64,000 nucleotides of DNA from Phallusia mammillata. Lineage: Eukaryota. The first letter of the stretch is position 1. Each line of letters begins with the position of its first letter. The notes below the pieces were generated by a model. That model made no database searches. It was given only the letters and a program-made list of their open reading frames with translations, and was not told where the DNA came from. Below, piece by piece: positions 22,600-35,799 of this stretch. Where the stretch lies: positions 4,464,001 through 4,528,000 of the forward strand of contig OZ281496.1 in assembly GCA_965637545.1 (NCBI GenBank), given 5' to 3'. Position numbers and translations under genes: made by a program.

Positions 22600-23110
22600 A
22601 GTGAGTCTGTACAGTTATTGTTTCTTAGAGATACTTTGTGAAAAACTTTATGGTGCAAGTATATGTGCAACTTAATGAATACTAACGATCTGTGAAGCTT
22701 TGCTTCAAAGAAGGTAATGCTAAATTGTGTAAATTTGTACATTTATACGTTGCGACGGCATGGCAATGATTATAACTTATTGGTTTAGATGGATATTCAT
22801 TTATTATCTTAAGATCATTTATCATTTATCATCATCTAGTAAGTTATTAAGTATAGTCAACATGGCAGTGAAATTATTTAAAAGAAGATATTTTATGACA
22901 AACTTTATAGTGCAAGTTTATGTGCAGTTATATGAATTCTAAGGATCTATGTACGGTTAACTTTTCAGAAAGGTTTTATTAATTTGTGTAAATATGCACA
23001 TTAATTAAGTTGTGAAGGTTGGTTCGAATGGCAATGATATACTTTGAACTATTTAGTTTAGATATATTCATTTCTTTTGTTGAGGTCATTTATTATGACT
23101 TCTAGTAAGC
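22600..23110 (+). repeat. Diverged local tandem duplication, period about 258 bp
   Basis: aaactttatggtgcaagtatatgtgca (about 22645) versus aaactttatagtgcaagtttatgtgca (about 22902), with matching downstream blocks. Confidence 0.7.
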
Positions 23111-24042
23111 AGTGTAACTTCAGTAATGTTCGTGTGTAACATCGCTTTTTGTAGGTGGTGTATTAAACAGTTGTGTTGTGTGTGATGGCTGTACAATAAT
23201 TTTGCTGTTGAGTGGTGAAAATGAATGCATCTGTTCCTCAAACTTTGTAAAATAAATCGTTAAAGCGTGTGGCTGAATCATTCAAAATTGTAAGGCAATA
23301 AACTATTTAATCGATGATTTGTTCAGCAAAGTAAAATTGCATAGTTTTATAATAATGTCAAAAAATTCTTTAGGATATAACAAAAAGCACGCTTCAAACT
23401 TATTAAAAGCAGTTTTAGAATTTGCTGAACAATGATTTGAATAAGTTGTCACACCATAGCTTGCTAAATTATGAATCTATAATTAAACCAATAGCGGCAG
23501 CATAAATGGAATTTGATTACAGTCCTGTTAATGCGTCCCCTCGCTTTATCATTACTTTATTGCGATCTATGCCCTCCTGTATGCCTGCAGCCAATTGATA
23601 CACGAAAATAGAGAACATTTAATTACTTAAGCAAATAAACAAATGTCATTCAACACGTCGGAAAAAGAACCACAAAGTTCGGTGAGGGATGAACAGCAAA
23701 ATACCAAAATGCCGGTAAAGTGCAAATGTTTTGCGAAATTTAATTCCTATTTAATTTAATTAGGTTATAATTAACAGCATTTTGGAGATATCGGCCGTAC
23801 TATCTGCAGTTGCAAAGAGGTACCGACAGCAATAACTTGATTTCTAAAGAAATATTGTCCAAAGTTATATGTGTAAATGAATAGTTTTATAGTTTGCATT
23901 AAAAATGCTTCCAAAATATTGTTCCAACCACTGAAGATGAGGGGTATTTATTAGGTGACGTTATATTGTTTTTATTTTTTTCCTGCTAAGTACACAACAC
24001 ACTGTTGTCATTGAAAAAACAACTTAACTTTTTATTTTTCAG

Positions 24043-24282
24043 GTTTCTAACAAGATTACATGTGAAGAATATGACATTACCTTTAATCGACCACCACCAA
24101 ACCAAGGTTAAAAAACGATAAACATTGCAAAAATTTTTGTACGTAATGGGTCACTTTTACCAGATCGAATAGCATTTGACAGCTTTGACCCAAACGGAAT
24201 CCCAGACCCACCGGAGCAATCGGATGGCAATGAGGATCAAATCCCAAAGGATACACAACATACACCCACGCAGGTTAGATAG
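24043..24282 (+). CDS. RIAFD-family copy 2 (5' incomplete, no ATG seen)
   Basis: Exons 24043-24106 and 24164-24282. VSNKITCEEYDITFNRPPPNQDRIAFDSFDPNGIPDPPEQSDGNEDQIPKDTQHTPTQVR*. Confidence 0.6.
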
Positions 24283-25306
24283 TTATTTTTATTTCGTTGT
24301 CTTTTCAAACCCCCAGGGGAATAGTCTTTTACACTACTATGAAATACTTGGATTTGCAAAAGTCGTCGCGAACTGGATTGCAAAAGTCGTCGCAGGTTAA
24401 CATCAAAACATTTATTACAAAATTTTGTTCAAAAATGTGCTTATCCTTTTTAAGATATAACACCTCGTTTCGACGTGATATATAACAACGAGCGAACTAA
24501 AGTAACAAATCATACTGTTGTAATATGTCACCATTCATATTCAAAAGTGCAAAAAAACTACATAATTAAATATAAATAAAAAAAATGTCCTAATGACCAA
24601 TATGATACAAAAAGTATCGTAGTAATGCAGGGTATTGTACAATATGTCTTATTTGTAAAAGTGCAAATGTGGCATTTCAAAGACAGTGGTATTCAGCACA
24701 GTTAGAAAAATCAATAAAGTTTAAAATTGGATTTCAAAACTGATGATTGTTTAATCATTACAGAAAAATGGGTAGAAAATCCTAAAGCTCATTTCAAAGC
24801 TACTAACAAATACCGATAAATGACGTAAAGAGCGCAGTTATTTAAATTTACAGTAAGACTAGAATAGATTTGGGGACTAAATTAAACAAAAAAACTGAGT
24901 TTTTGACTTGATTTTATTGTTATTAATATTATGGAACCATAGACTAAACGTAGTGATCTTAACTCTCAGCACTTTTTACACAAACTGCTTTTAAAATGTT
25001 TGAGTGTGCCACATACCGGAGCGTAGCAATCCTGTATATTAAAATTTTTTGTATTATTAGTTCTAGGAGAGTTACTTTTCATGTATTCATTTGTTTGCTT
25101 AATTGTATTATCTCTATTATCTTTTTGCCATCTCAACTTCCAAAATCATTTATATAATTCCAACAATGGCACATCAATTTAATCGTTGTATACCTTTATT
25201 ATTTTCGGGTTTTAGTTTGGATTATAGAAAAAGATTTGATGCGGGTCTAAAATTGGTGCTCGATTGTTAAACAAATCAGCAAATACCTACAATGTATGCA
25301 CCTATG

Positions 25307-25441
25307 NNNNNNNNNNNNNNNNNNNNNNNNNNNNNNNNNNNNNNNNNNNNNNNNNNNNNNNNNNNNNNNNNNNNNNNNNNNNNNNNNNNNNNNNNNNNNN
25401 NNNNNNNNNNNNNNNNNNNNNNNNNNNNNNNNNNNNNNNNN
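25307..25441. other. Assembly gap (135 N), flanked on the right by a GTGA/GTGC simple repeat
   Basis: Run of n characters. ORFs spanning it are artefacts. Confidence 1.
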
Positions 25442-25851
25442 GAGGGCGGGAGGGCGCAAGTGCATGAGTGCGTGAGTGCGTGGGTGTGTGAGTGCGTGCG
25501 TGAGTGCGTGAGTAGTCGTCGCAAGTGAACCATAAACTTCAGTTTGCAATTTTGTTGCCTTTTTGTTTTCTAGATAGTGGGTTGTCCAGCAGTTCAGCCA
25601 CGCCAAGTAAGAATAATAAAAATAGTATTTACTACAATCTATTCTTCTAAATAAATTTTAGCCAAAAATGGAGACCGCATTACTTCAGAAAATTTAACAC
25701 TATGCTATCAACTTGGTTTGAAATGTGTTTTTGAATCCCATTTAACAACTTAATGTTTAGCAGGTACAAACAAACTAAATTAAAACTGTTAAATATCGTT
25801 GGCACCAAGTTAAGCTCAAAATTACTTCGATAGATTTTCGATAAAGTTGAG

Positions 25852-26095
25852 ATGAGAGAATTTAATCCAAACATTCCAACACCACCACCTGTAAACCAAT
25901 GTAAGTAGAGTTTTTTTTAAAAAAAACTCTTTCTGTCGTCGTTGGACACTTTTTTTAATTTACCAAATAATCATTTCAGCTCGAATTGCATTTGACAACT
26001 TCGACCCTAATGGAACCCCAGCAGAAGAACCAGCACATGCGGATGGCGATGAGGGTCGAAACCCTGATAATCAGTTGCAAACTGACCAAAACTAG
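25852..26095 (+). CDS. RIAFD-family copy 3 (about 54 aa)
   Basis: Exons 25852-25900 (gtaagt donor) and 25980-26095. MREFNPNIPTPPPVNQSRIAFDNFDPNGTPAEEPAHADGDEGRNPDNQLQTDQN*. Confidence 0.7.
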
Positions 26096-27724
26096 CCTCG
26101 TAGAAACCATTGCTTGGCTAAATGTACATTAAAAACAATGGTTATTCGTTTATTTGCCATAGGCTCAGAATACTGTTGGTTTCTTCACTAATGCAAATGG
26201 ATTAGTTTGGAATACACTTTAGCAGTATTTGTTACTATTTTGCAAAGCTTTTGTTGTGTTAAATGTGACAAGGGAATGTTGAGATTAAACTCTCACTTAC
26301 GTAGAACTGTATGTATTTGACATGTAATGCATGTATCTAGGTTATACTCAACCTATATATGTTTTATCTAACAAGTGGCCATTAAAACCTTGAAGCGTAG
26401 TTTTTAAACTATTCATCTCAATCAAAAATGCAAAACATAGGTTACCAAGCAGACAACCATGCTACATGTGCAGCTTATCCGGCATAAGCGCCTGGTGAAA
26501 GTGCCATTAAATCGTTTACACTCCTTTTTGAGATTGTTTTACGTCACATCCTGGAAGCAGCGCGTCAAAATGTGACATGACGTGGCCAATGTTTTGATTT
26601 TGTTTCTTGTACGTCTGCATATTTCTCGTGGTTAAAGCCTTTGCAGCACTTTGTCTACAGTTCTAGATGGGCAAATGATCAGTTCTACAGAGACCAGGAA
26701 GAAACTAAATGTGCTTTTTAAAAGTTCAGGATGAACTGAGGAGTTATATGAGATGGCTACGAAAAATTTCATATTGCTCATGTTGAAAGCTATAACATGT
26801 ATAAAGACGTACTGCAACTGCACGGGACTTGAACTGTAGGAATGCTGACATTAAAACTTTCTAAAATGGCTAACAAATGTGATTTGTCTAAGTTGTTTAT
26901 AACACTAAATACGACATCATGGATATTTTTTGGACAAGACCAATATGGACCAATGTGCTAAGTGTTATAAACAAGGGGTTTTAGATATTTAACAAGGTTT
27001 AGAAGTTAACAATCAAATCATTTGCAATACTAAAGCAAGTATATGAGTCAAATATGACACCCTTTGTACACAGTGGGTAACTGTGTTCGAAGTTGGATAA
27101 AAGAGGACGATATATATAATTAAACATGTAAAAGAGGACCACATATATAATTAAACTTTTTGCCAAAGATGAATAAGCTTTTAAACCATTTTCAATTGTG
27201 TTTAAATGTTACCTGAGAATTGAAGACTTTTTATTCTACATCTGACTGTTTTAGCATTAGTGACTTGACAAGTCACTTTGTGTAAACGTAAGTATTAGGG
27301 AAACCATACATATTGCACAGTAAATTCATTCTTTCACTTTTTAGAGGACTTTGTTACACAACGACCAGAACTTTTCCTACCGGTTGCTTGAATCGCTGTA
27401 AATTAAACCTAATTTAAAACTTGTGTTTGAACTCTGCAATGTAGTATTTTATGATTTTGGGAATTTTATGATTTTGTTCACATGGAATTGACAAACTTTA
27501 CAAATAGGGTTTTGTAATTTGAAATCAAAGTTTCCGAATCAGAGTTACAATTTATGTTTATCAATAAAAGAAAAAAGATATGACAAAAAAACTGTTTGCA
27601 AACCAAAAATCATTTAGAAAAAAAAACGTTTTTGTTATAGTTAACATGGGTTTCTAGCAAATCGTTTAAAATCTAAGCATTTTTCTGATTTGATTCATCG
27701 AAAAAAAAGTTGTCGACTACAACA

Positions 27725-28693
27725 ATGGCACAGAAAGAAATGGAGCATTCACTACATACACATGAAGTATGTAGGATTAATGCGAAATGAAACATGTGTT
27801 TATCCTGCTAAGTGGTAACATGTGTTTATGTTGATGTTTTTAGATCTTTGAAGTAGATTAATATAAACATTACAGTTTGTCAGCGCTGTCATGTGTATCA
27901 GTTTTGCTTTTGTTCTTAGAATCGAAATGTTTTGAATCGAATGTTTTTCAGAATCTGACTTCTCCACTACATCTACAGCCATCACCACCTCCATTATATA
28001 CACAACCAATACCAACACCACCGCCATTGCCATCGCAGTCATGTTTACAAGCAATGCCAGCACCACGGGCACCAGGCAATGCATTCCCCAAGGGTACAAC
28101 TTTAATATGTGGTAATACATTGCGATACATGTCCAAGGTAAACATGTACAGGCAAGAACTATTTTATTCGTAATCCTTTCATAATTTCAAATATAACTAT
28201 GAATTTTGGAAAACGATATAGAGATCTGTTCATAAATTATATTGTGAAAATAACGGCTTTAATAAACGTAAAAAACGACATGGTTAAGTGTTTAAACGTT
28301 TCAGTAAATGCTCATACTATCATCAGCGATATGAAGGCCACATGAGTTACACACTTGTTGCTGTAAAAAAGCATGTCACTATTTTTTATTTGGCCGGTAT
28401 TTGTTACTTGGCCGTTATAGTTTATTTGGCCGTTATTTTCACCATTAAACTATAAATTTATTTGCAATTCGTAACAAATACGGGATCTAGCAAACTAAAT
28501 ATTTGCTAATTTGGCAAAAAATGTTAAAAAAGGAATACGTTTTGTTTATAAGTTTGCATATAAAGAGGAATTAGTCATACCGCCACCACCTTTCGGACCA
28601 CCAGCAAATGAACCAGCTCAAATGGATAGTAATACGAATAGAAACCCAAACAACCATCTGCAACCAGAACAAAACCGACCTGTTGGTACCTAA
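27725..28693 (+). CDS. Pro-rich small protein, diverged family copy 4 (about 107 aa)
   Basis: Exons 27725-27766 (MAQKEMEHSLHTHE|gtatgt), 27952-28111 (NLTSPLHLQPSPPPLYTQPIPTPPP..; donor uncertain) and 28575-28693. Tail PANEPAQMDSNTNRNPNNHLQPEQN aligns with copy 3 PAEEPAHADGDEGRNPDNQLQTDQN. Confidence 0.55.
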
Positions 28694-29227
28694 TACTTAG
28701 TGCGGTGCACATCTACATATACGGACATAATGTTTATCGTGAATTTGCGTTTTCGATGATTTGCATGGTTTTGTGATATTGCGTATTGTTGTATCTAAAT
28801 ATACTACATCATTATCGGTGACAGTTTGAGGACATATCATCCATTCAATAAAAACCACGTTGTGGCCAAAATCAATGTGTTTTGAAGGCACAATAGGTAA
28901 TGTGTAGTCAAGCAAAGTAATCCAATTCAAAGACATTTATTTACTCCCTAAACCGACCAGTGCAAGTAGCTTAACTTAGTTATATTACCTAAATCCCTTC
29001 TGGCAACTGCATCGTTTCAACCGACGTTTTGCGTCTGTTATTGATTAAAATATTGTTTCGATTTTTTTCAATTTATATTTTTTCAAATATATTTTTTTAT
29101 CAATTTATGATATAAAGTACCACCAAAACCAAGCACATGACGTCATTTTGAAATCTCAATTTTTTTTAATTCGGTGCCTTTGGTAAAATGTTAACAAACA
29201 ATTGTACAAATAGCGTTTAATGACACA

Positions 29228-29563
29228 GAGTTGTAAGTCGAGTTCCGGTTCGGGCTTAGGGTTTATTAAAAAAAGGCTTTTTTCGGGCTTCACTTTACAC
29301 TCTATGTTAGTATTTATTGAACTAATTTAACTAGCTAAGTTAAATTAATTAAACTAGCCAGTTGCTAAAACTGACCTAATGTCGAACAGGCCTAAAACGC
29401 CTTGTTTAAGACTAATTATCCATTGAGTTTCTTGTCTTGGTCTTTCCTGAGGCTTCAATGTATAGACACGTCAATCAAACTTTCGGGCCTAAACGAGCTA
29501 CTCAGAAACGATTCGGGTTCGGGCCGGGTTGGGGCTCCAATGTCAGGCCCGTATACAACTCTA
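29228..29563. mobile_element. hAT-like MITE remnant (related sequence about 14440-14660)
   Basis: Ends agagttg / caactct(a), with internal repeated ttcgggttcgggc motifs. Confidence 0.5.
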
Positions 29564-29962
29564 TATAAATAAATAAGACAAATAGTGTTTTATTCGATAT
29601 AATAAATCAATGCAAGTACTCCCGGGGTACACTGCTCTTAGTTTAATTCCCCCGATTATATATTAGTTCGTAAACACATTGCGATCCCATCGTCACAAAT
29701 TGCGCAAAATCATTAACATTTTTAGTGACTTTAAGGATGCCCCTATAGCCGTTTACGTTTAATCGTATTAAAGCCCAGTAATTGTGGTTGACTTCTTACT
29801 GAGACGGTTTGCTTTTTTGTAGTGAACAAGAAGCTGTGTGACCCTTTGTTGGATTTCTGTATGCTTTATAAGTACAAATATACCGTTCCCACCAGGCCCA
29901 CAATTGGCAAGCAGTCCAGATTTTCTTATCATAAAATCAATGTCAAACAAGTATTTTAGAAG

Positions 29963-30150
29963 CATTAAACATAAGCTGCAGACAGTGCACCTATACGGTA
30001 TCATTAGTGCAGCTGGTGACGAGAGATCGGTCGTATTGGCTGGTGTAGCTATCCAACGACACTTTAGTTTGTTGGGAGACCTTATAGGTTAAAACAGTGT
30101 GCTGTGTCGGCAGCTTATCATTTATTGGCTGGATGCTTTTACTTTGAATT
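29963..30150. mobile_element. Rearranged copy of the retrozyme-like family (direct part plus inverted part)
   Basis: 29963-30060 matches 10681-10790 in the same orientation. 30078-30150 is the inverted counterpart of the hammerhead 3' half and of the 10955-10994 terminal repeat. Confidence 0.7.
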
Positions 30151-30997
30151 AAACATGTTTTTCACAATTCTTAGAAATATCTGGTCTTGTTTAACATTTA
30201 ATAATAATTCAAAACGAAACATAACTATAACAGTCCTGTTTTTTCCTTGCATTCCAATTTTAACCATTATAGGTAATTCCCCCAAACATCTTTGATTATA
30301 AACGTTTTTCGACACTTGGATTTGAAGTTGCGATAGTCTATCAAAATATGTAAACTTGCTTTGTAAAAACTACATTGTACATATGCTGATCAGCTTTTTG
30401 CATTTTAATCTTGATTACGAAGCATACAACGCAGTTCTTACAACATTCAAGTTACACAACAAATAAAATAATCACATTAAATAAAACACATCAAGCTAAG
30501 TTACAAATAAATGAATGTTTTTTAACTGTGGTTGCGCAACAAATACTTAGCATTCTGTTTCAAATAAACTGGCAGTTTACGGTTTAAACTTTATGGCATT
30601 AATACAAACATAACAATATGATTAGATATGCTATTCCATCAAAGAATTCGACATGTTACAAACGACTACCATTTTCGAATTGTTCACAGTAAGCAAAGAA
30701 TTATTTCGTCAATTGTAAGAAGTTAAGATAAATTCATAAACGGTATCAGCGCTGAAGCGTCCATGCACACCAACCATCAAGGCGAATATATACATAAATC
30801 AAAGTACGCCAGGCACAAACTTTGAGTACAATGCATTTAAATTTCAAGTCTCAAAATGCTCAAATAGTTAACACTTTATCGAAAACATTTGTAAATCGTA
30901 AGAAAATCAGATAAAAGCTATCATGATTAATCCCTCAAAAAATGCAACGATTTTAAAGCAAAATATCGTATACGTTTTTGTGTTCAAGGATGAAACT

Positions 30998-33900
30998 TTA
31001 TCCAAGCACTTCAATTACTCTGTCGCCTTCCTGAACGGCACCAGCATTGTAGGTCACAGTCAATTCCGTTGGGGGACTTGTAATTGCCCCGATAGAAGAT
31101 ACATTTTGTCTCACATATTTTTTGGCCCTAGTAAGTTGATCTTCTATTGCTTTTGAGTAAAGCAATGGATTGAGAGCGCTGTTGATTGGAAGCAACAGAC
31201 AAGCACTCAACACATAAGCATCTGGTGGCATCTTGATTCCTCCAATACTCAAATATCCCAAGACGCAAATCGGAATCCAGCAACAGAAGTCGGTCAGAAT
31301 CAACCTCGAGATTCTCTTCTGCATCTTGGAGCTGACGTCATTGCTTCTGGCTTCTTTCATCCGATTGCTTTGTTTGTAGATGAGAATATATCCAACCACC
31401 ATGTAGATGAACATAAGAAAGTTGATTGTGATGAGGAAAGTTGAATATTCCCAAGCAAATTCACTGGTTGTGGCGAACAAACGTGGCATACATACGCTTG
31501 TTTCTCCATAATATCCAAACTCCCCCTTGATTGGGTTGCGGGGAAATGTTTCCTTAATTGTTTGTTTCACTTGGTCCCAACTCTCCGGTTCTCTACTGGT
31601 AATTCTTTGTGCAAGAAGTGATATGTTTTCCCTGGAAACAAAGTCATTTCCGAAAATGTTGTTTGGAAACCAGATATCAGTTGTAAAATATTCTGAATTG
31701 ACTTGAAGTAAGGGAATGATTGCCAAAACCGCAGCTGAAATCCAGCAAAACAATTCAGTAAGTAAAACTTTAAGAGCACCCATATTTCGAATTGTAAACG
31801 GTTTGAAGGCTGATGCAAGGCGAAAGGTTGTCATGGCCGTCATCGTAAACGCTGAAGCCTCTGAGGAAATAATTGCAAGTGCTCCAAGTCCTGAACACAA
31901 ACTATTTGATCTCCATTGCTTATCAAATAGACAATACGAGCCCGAAAATTGTGTGGCTTGCACTATAACTGCAAGCAGATAAATTCCCATGAGGAAATCT
32001 GAGCAACAGAGGTTAAGAATAAAAATACTGGTGTTAATAAAAACATGTTTGTTCCTGTCTACATTCCATAAGCTGTAGGCAGTTGCAATGAACACAAACA
32101 AATTTCCACCCAAGGCTAACACAGCTGTTATCCAAAAAATTGCTCTGTAAATTGAATTAGCAATCATTTCGTTGACATCTGCAAATGCGTCTCCAGCCAA
32201 GTTTACACATTCGTCACTTCCGTCTGAACAATCGCGAATTCCATTCTGCACCAGTTTCCATTCAACCGACAAAGGTTGTTTATTTGTGCAATAAAACCTC
32301 ACTTTTTCACAACGGCATCTGCTTTCATCAGATTCATTGTCACAATCGATAATTCCATCACAAAGAGTTTTTCTGTCAATGGAAATCTTATTTTTGCTTT
32401 TGCAATAAAAGCGAACATTGTGACAAAGTCCTGAAAATTCATCTGAACTATCATCGCAATCAATTTTTCCGTCGCAAGCCTGCGAGATGTCTATGCTGAT
32501 TTTTTCTTTGGATAAACAATAAAATCTGTTTGGGCAATTCACTTCCCCAAACACCCCAAGCTTATCCACTATTCCATCGCATATTGAGTTAAACAAAAGG
32601 TCAAATTCATCGCCCTTTTTGAACCAATACTGAAACCAATACCTTAATGGTGGGTTGTCAGTTTTTGCACACCTAAACACTTCGTCAAGTCTAAGGTGTT
32701 TGGTGTATTCTGGCAAACACTGAGTTTGTTTCAAGTTATTAGTAACCGAGCAGTATTTCGTGTTCATTTGGTTAACACATTGCACACTTGAATTGCACAA
32801 CTTTCCACTTTGATCCGAACAAACAGATTTATTTTGACAATGCATCTGATTTGACGGACAAGAACCCCTTATATCTTTACACAAACTTTGATTCAAACAT
32901 AAACACTCATCAGACATATCAAAACAATCCACGATACCGTCACAAACTTGCTTTGGTGATATGATTAACTTTTTATCCAGGCACTGAAAACATTTAAACT
33001 GTCCGTTGACGAAACAAAGATCATACCTATCAGAACATTGAGCCACTGAATCGTAAACGTTAACTTGAGGCAAAACGCAAACACCTTGTCTCGATGATCC
33101 AGAGCATTTAAATCCAAATCCTGAGTTGATTTCATCGCTTTTGTCACTGCAACTACTAACTCTGTCACAGAAGTTGTTACCAGCTATTATTTCTTCATTT
33201 TCACAAATAAAAACCTTCTGGCAAAATTTATTTTTCCTTTCGTTGCAGTTTGATGAGACACAAATCACATTCTTGTTTTCACAACGGTCGATGTCATCAA
33301 CACACGACGGTTGGATTACCGTGTTGCACTCTTGTGGGACTGGAGAATGTACAAGATACCTGACAAGCTGCTCACTCTTACAAGTAGTGGCAAACATTGT
33401 GCAAGATTGACATGTAAAGTTTGTGATTGAACACAGTTCGTCACTTCCATCAAAGCAATCCTTAAATCCATCACCAATCCAGTTTACAGGTAAACATCTG
33501 CCAGTAGATGTGCGAAGTTGGTTACCAGGATCGCGCGGACATCTTGCGTGAACTCCAGAGCAGTTGCATGTGTAATGTGTCTCATCACTACCATCAAAAC
33601 AGTCACCATTTCCATTACATAACAAAGATCGGTCAATACAACTACCCTTTGTTCCGATGCATTGCTTCGTGGCAACACATGCACATTGAAACTTTTCGGC
33701 GGGGCAGGTGCAATTAACTTCATCACTCCGATCTCCACAGTCATTACCTCCATCACATTGATATTTTTTGTCGATGCAACCATGATTAGTTGTGCAGTTC
33801 TTTGTTTTGTAACAATCACATTCAAAACTATCAGCTGGACAAGTGCAATTAACTTCATCACTCCAATCTCCACAGTCTTTATCTCCATCACATTGATATT

Positions 33901-35086
33901 TTTTGTAGATGCAACCATTATTAGTTGTGCAGTTCTTTGTTTTGTAACAATCACATTCAAACGTATCAGCTGGGCAAGTGCAATTAACTTCATCACTCCA
34001 ATCTCCACAGTCATTCCGCCCATTGCATTGCCATTTGTTTTTTATGCAACCACCATTTAAAGTTGTGCAGTTCCTTGTTTTGTAACAGGGGCATTCAAAC
34101 GTATCAGCTGGGCAAGTGCAATTAACTTCATCACCCCAATCTCCACAGTCATTAATTCCATTACAATGCCATTTGTTTTTTATGCAACCACCGTTTACAG
34201 TTGTGCAGTTCTTTGTTTTGTAACAGGGGCATTCAAACGTATCAGCTGGGCAAGTGCAATTAACTTCATCACCCCAATCTCCACAGAGATTTCTTCCATC
34301 GCAAACGTAATCAATTTCGATGCAACCATGACCTTCTGTACAATTGTTAGTTTTGAAACAACCACATTCAAACTTATGAGCTGGACAAGAGCAATTAACT
34401 TCATCACTGCCATCTATACATTCTGTGTTTCCATTACATTGCACTGCCCAATATGGCCCACACCCAATTACACCTTTACAAGATGTGTTGAAGCAGTCAC
34501 ACTGAAACCTGCCTTCAGGACAATAATCACCAAACTCATCACTCCAATCACCACACTGGTTATTCCAGTTGTTTACCCACCACATCTCAATGCATCCTGG
34601 TTTGTCCCCACACCTACCAAACTTGTGACATGTACATTCGAACATTGAAGAAGGGCAGGTGCAGTTGGGACCACTATACGGTTCCTCGCAAACCGAGAGA
34701 TTTTTTGGTTCTGGGAATAAAATAAGCTTTGAATAAATAGTAATAATACTAATCAAAGGAAAAGAAGTAAAGCAGAAATGGAAATGTGTTTTGGCCCGAT
34801 TAATAAGTTCTCAGTAGGTAATGAATATATTCATATGTATTTATAGTTTGCAAAATGATGAAAAACACGTACATTTGTTTTCATTGTATAAATGGTGTCG
34901 TTTTTTCGTGTAATAGATTTCAGTTTTTGTTCGAACCGCGATATTAAAGACTAAAGCCTAACATTGAAGGTGTATCAAATAAAATGATTTCTTACTTGTA
35001 TAAGGTCGTGGAGCGAGACTGAGATCCTCACCCGGACATTCACCTTCCACGCATCCGACGAAAAACAATAGAAACAATAACCACAT
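30998..35086 (-). CDS. LDL-receptor class A repeat-containing rhodopsin-class GPCR (LGR/GRL101/RXFP-type 7TM, no LRRs), about 1267 aa
   Basis: Exon 1 35086-34996 (signal MWLLFLLFFVGCVEG, a|gtaaga phase 1). Exon 2 34710-30998 (3713 nt, open). About 15 LDLa-like modules (C.G..DC.D.SDE), then 7TM with LALGGNLFV, LILTDFCCWIPI and LLPINSALNPLLY. Confidence 0.95.
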
Positions 35087-35363
35087 GATGTATAAGATTT
35101 CTATGCAACAGCTATCAAAAAGACGTATCCTTGATTGATCTATAAAAACATACAACTTTTGCATGTCATATAGGACAGTATTTTCCAACCTATGGGTCGC
35201 AACGAATAATGCAGACAAAAATACAACCAAAATAGTAGAAATTCATGCTCATTGGTCGCGATAAACCACAAAACAAAATTTGTCCAATTCCAGGTCAAAA
35301 CTTATTACAATGTTAAAAGCACATAAAAAAAATTAGGCAAAACGAAACCTTAACTATTCAAGC

Positions 35364-35655
35364 TAAGATGAATATATTCTTACTGGGATCAGCCCTGAAG
35401 CGTTGATGCAGGCAAGCGATCACGGCATACTTATCGAAAAGACATAGTACACCAGGCCTGGCTATTACAGGCGTTATACCGAATCCTACTACGAAGTTGA
35501 CATGTGCACCATACATAGCAGGCAACGGGGCTTGTGATTTTCGACGTTTTTTTCACTGGGCCTGTGTATCTCAGTTGGTAGAGCCCGAATTCCAGAAATA
35601 CTTCTGTCGTGGGTTCGAATCCCACCACTACCAGCCTGTGCCTTGCCATGTGGGA
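35364..35655. repeat. Copy of the 355-bp tRNA-like unit with an internal inversion
   Basis: 35364-35485 is the reverse complement of one part of the unit. 35485-35655 is forward and includes the tRNA-like segment from 35560 (loop CCAGAAA). Confidence 0.8.
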
Positions 35656-35799
35656 TTGCTTGGGAGACCTCTAATGGTAAAATTGAGCATGAATCTGACA
35701 TAAAGTAAGACTGTAGAGTCATGAGCTCTTGGTGGTCCTACGTAACTCGCTTTGTGAACCCCAAAAGGTCTGTGGCCTCTAGTTTAATAACCGCTGGCC

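Noticed and set aside
23153-23245. Possible upstream Cys-rich exon (GVLNSCVVCDGC..NECICSSNF) for RIAFD copy 2
   Set aside because: It is phase-compatible but has a weak donor and no counterpart at other family members, so it cannot be supported.
25247-25606. ORFs spanning the N-run
   Set aside because: Artefacts of the assembly gap and the adjacent simple repeat.
31567-34648. Overlapping alternative-frame and antisense ORFs within the GPCR (for example 33484-34023, 34166-34648)
   Set aside because: Shadows of the repetitive LDLa coding frame.
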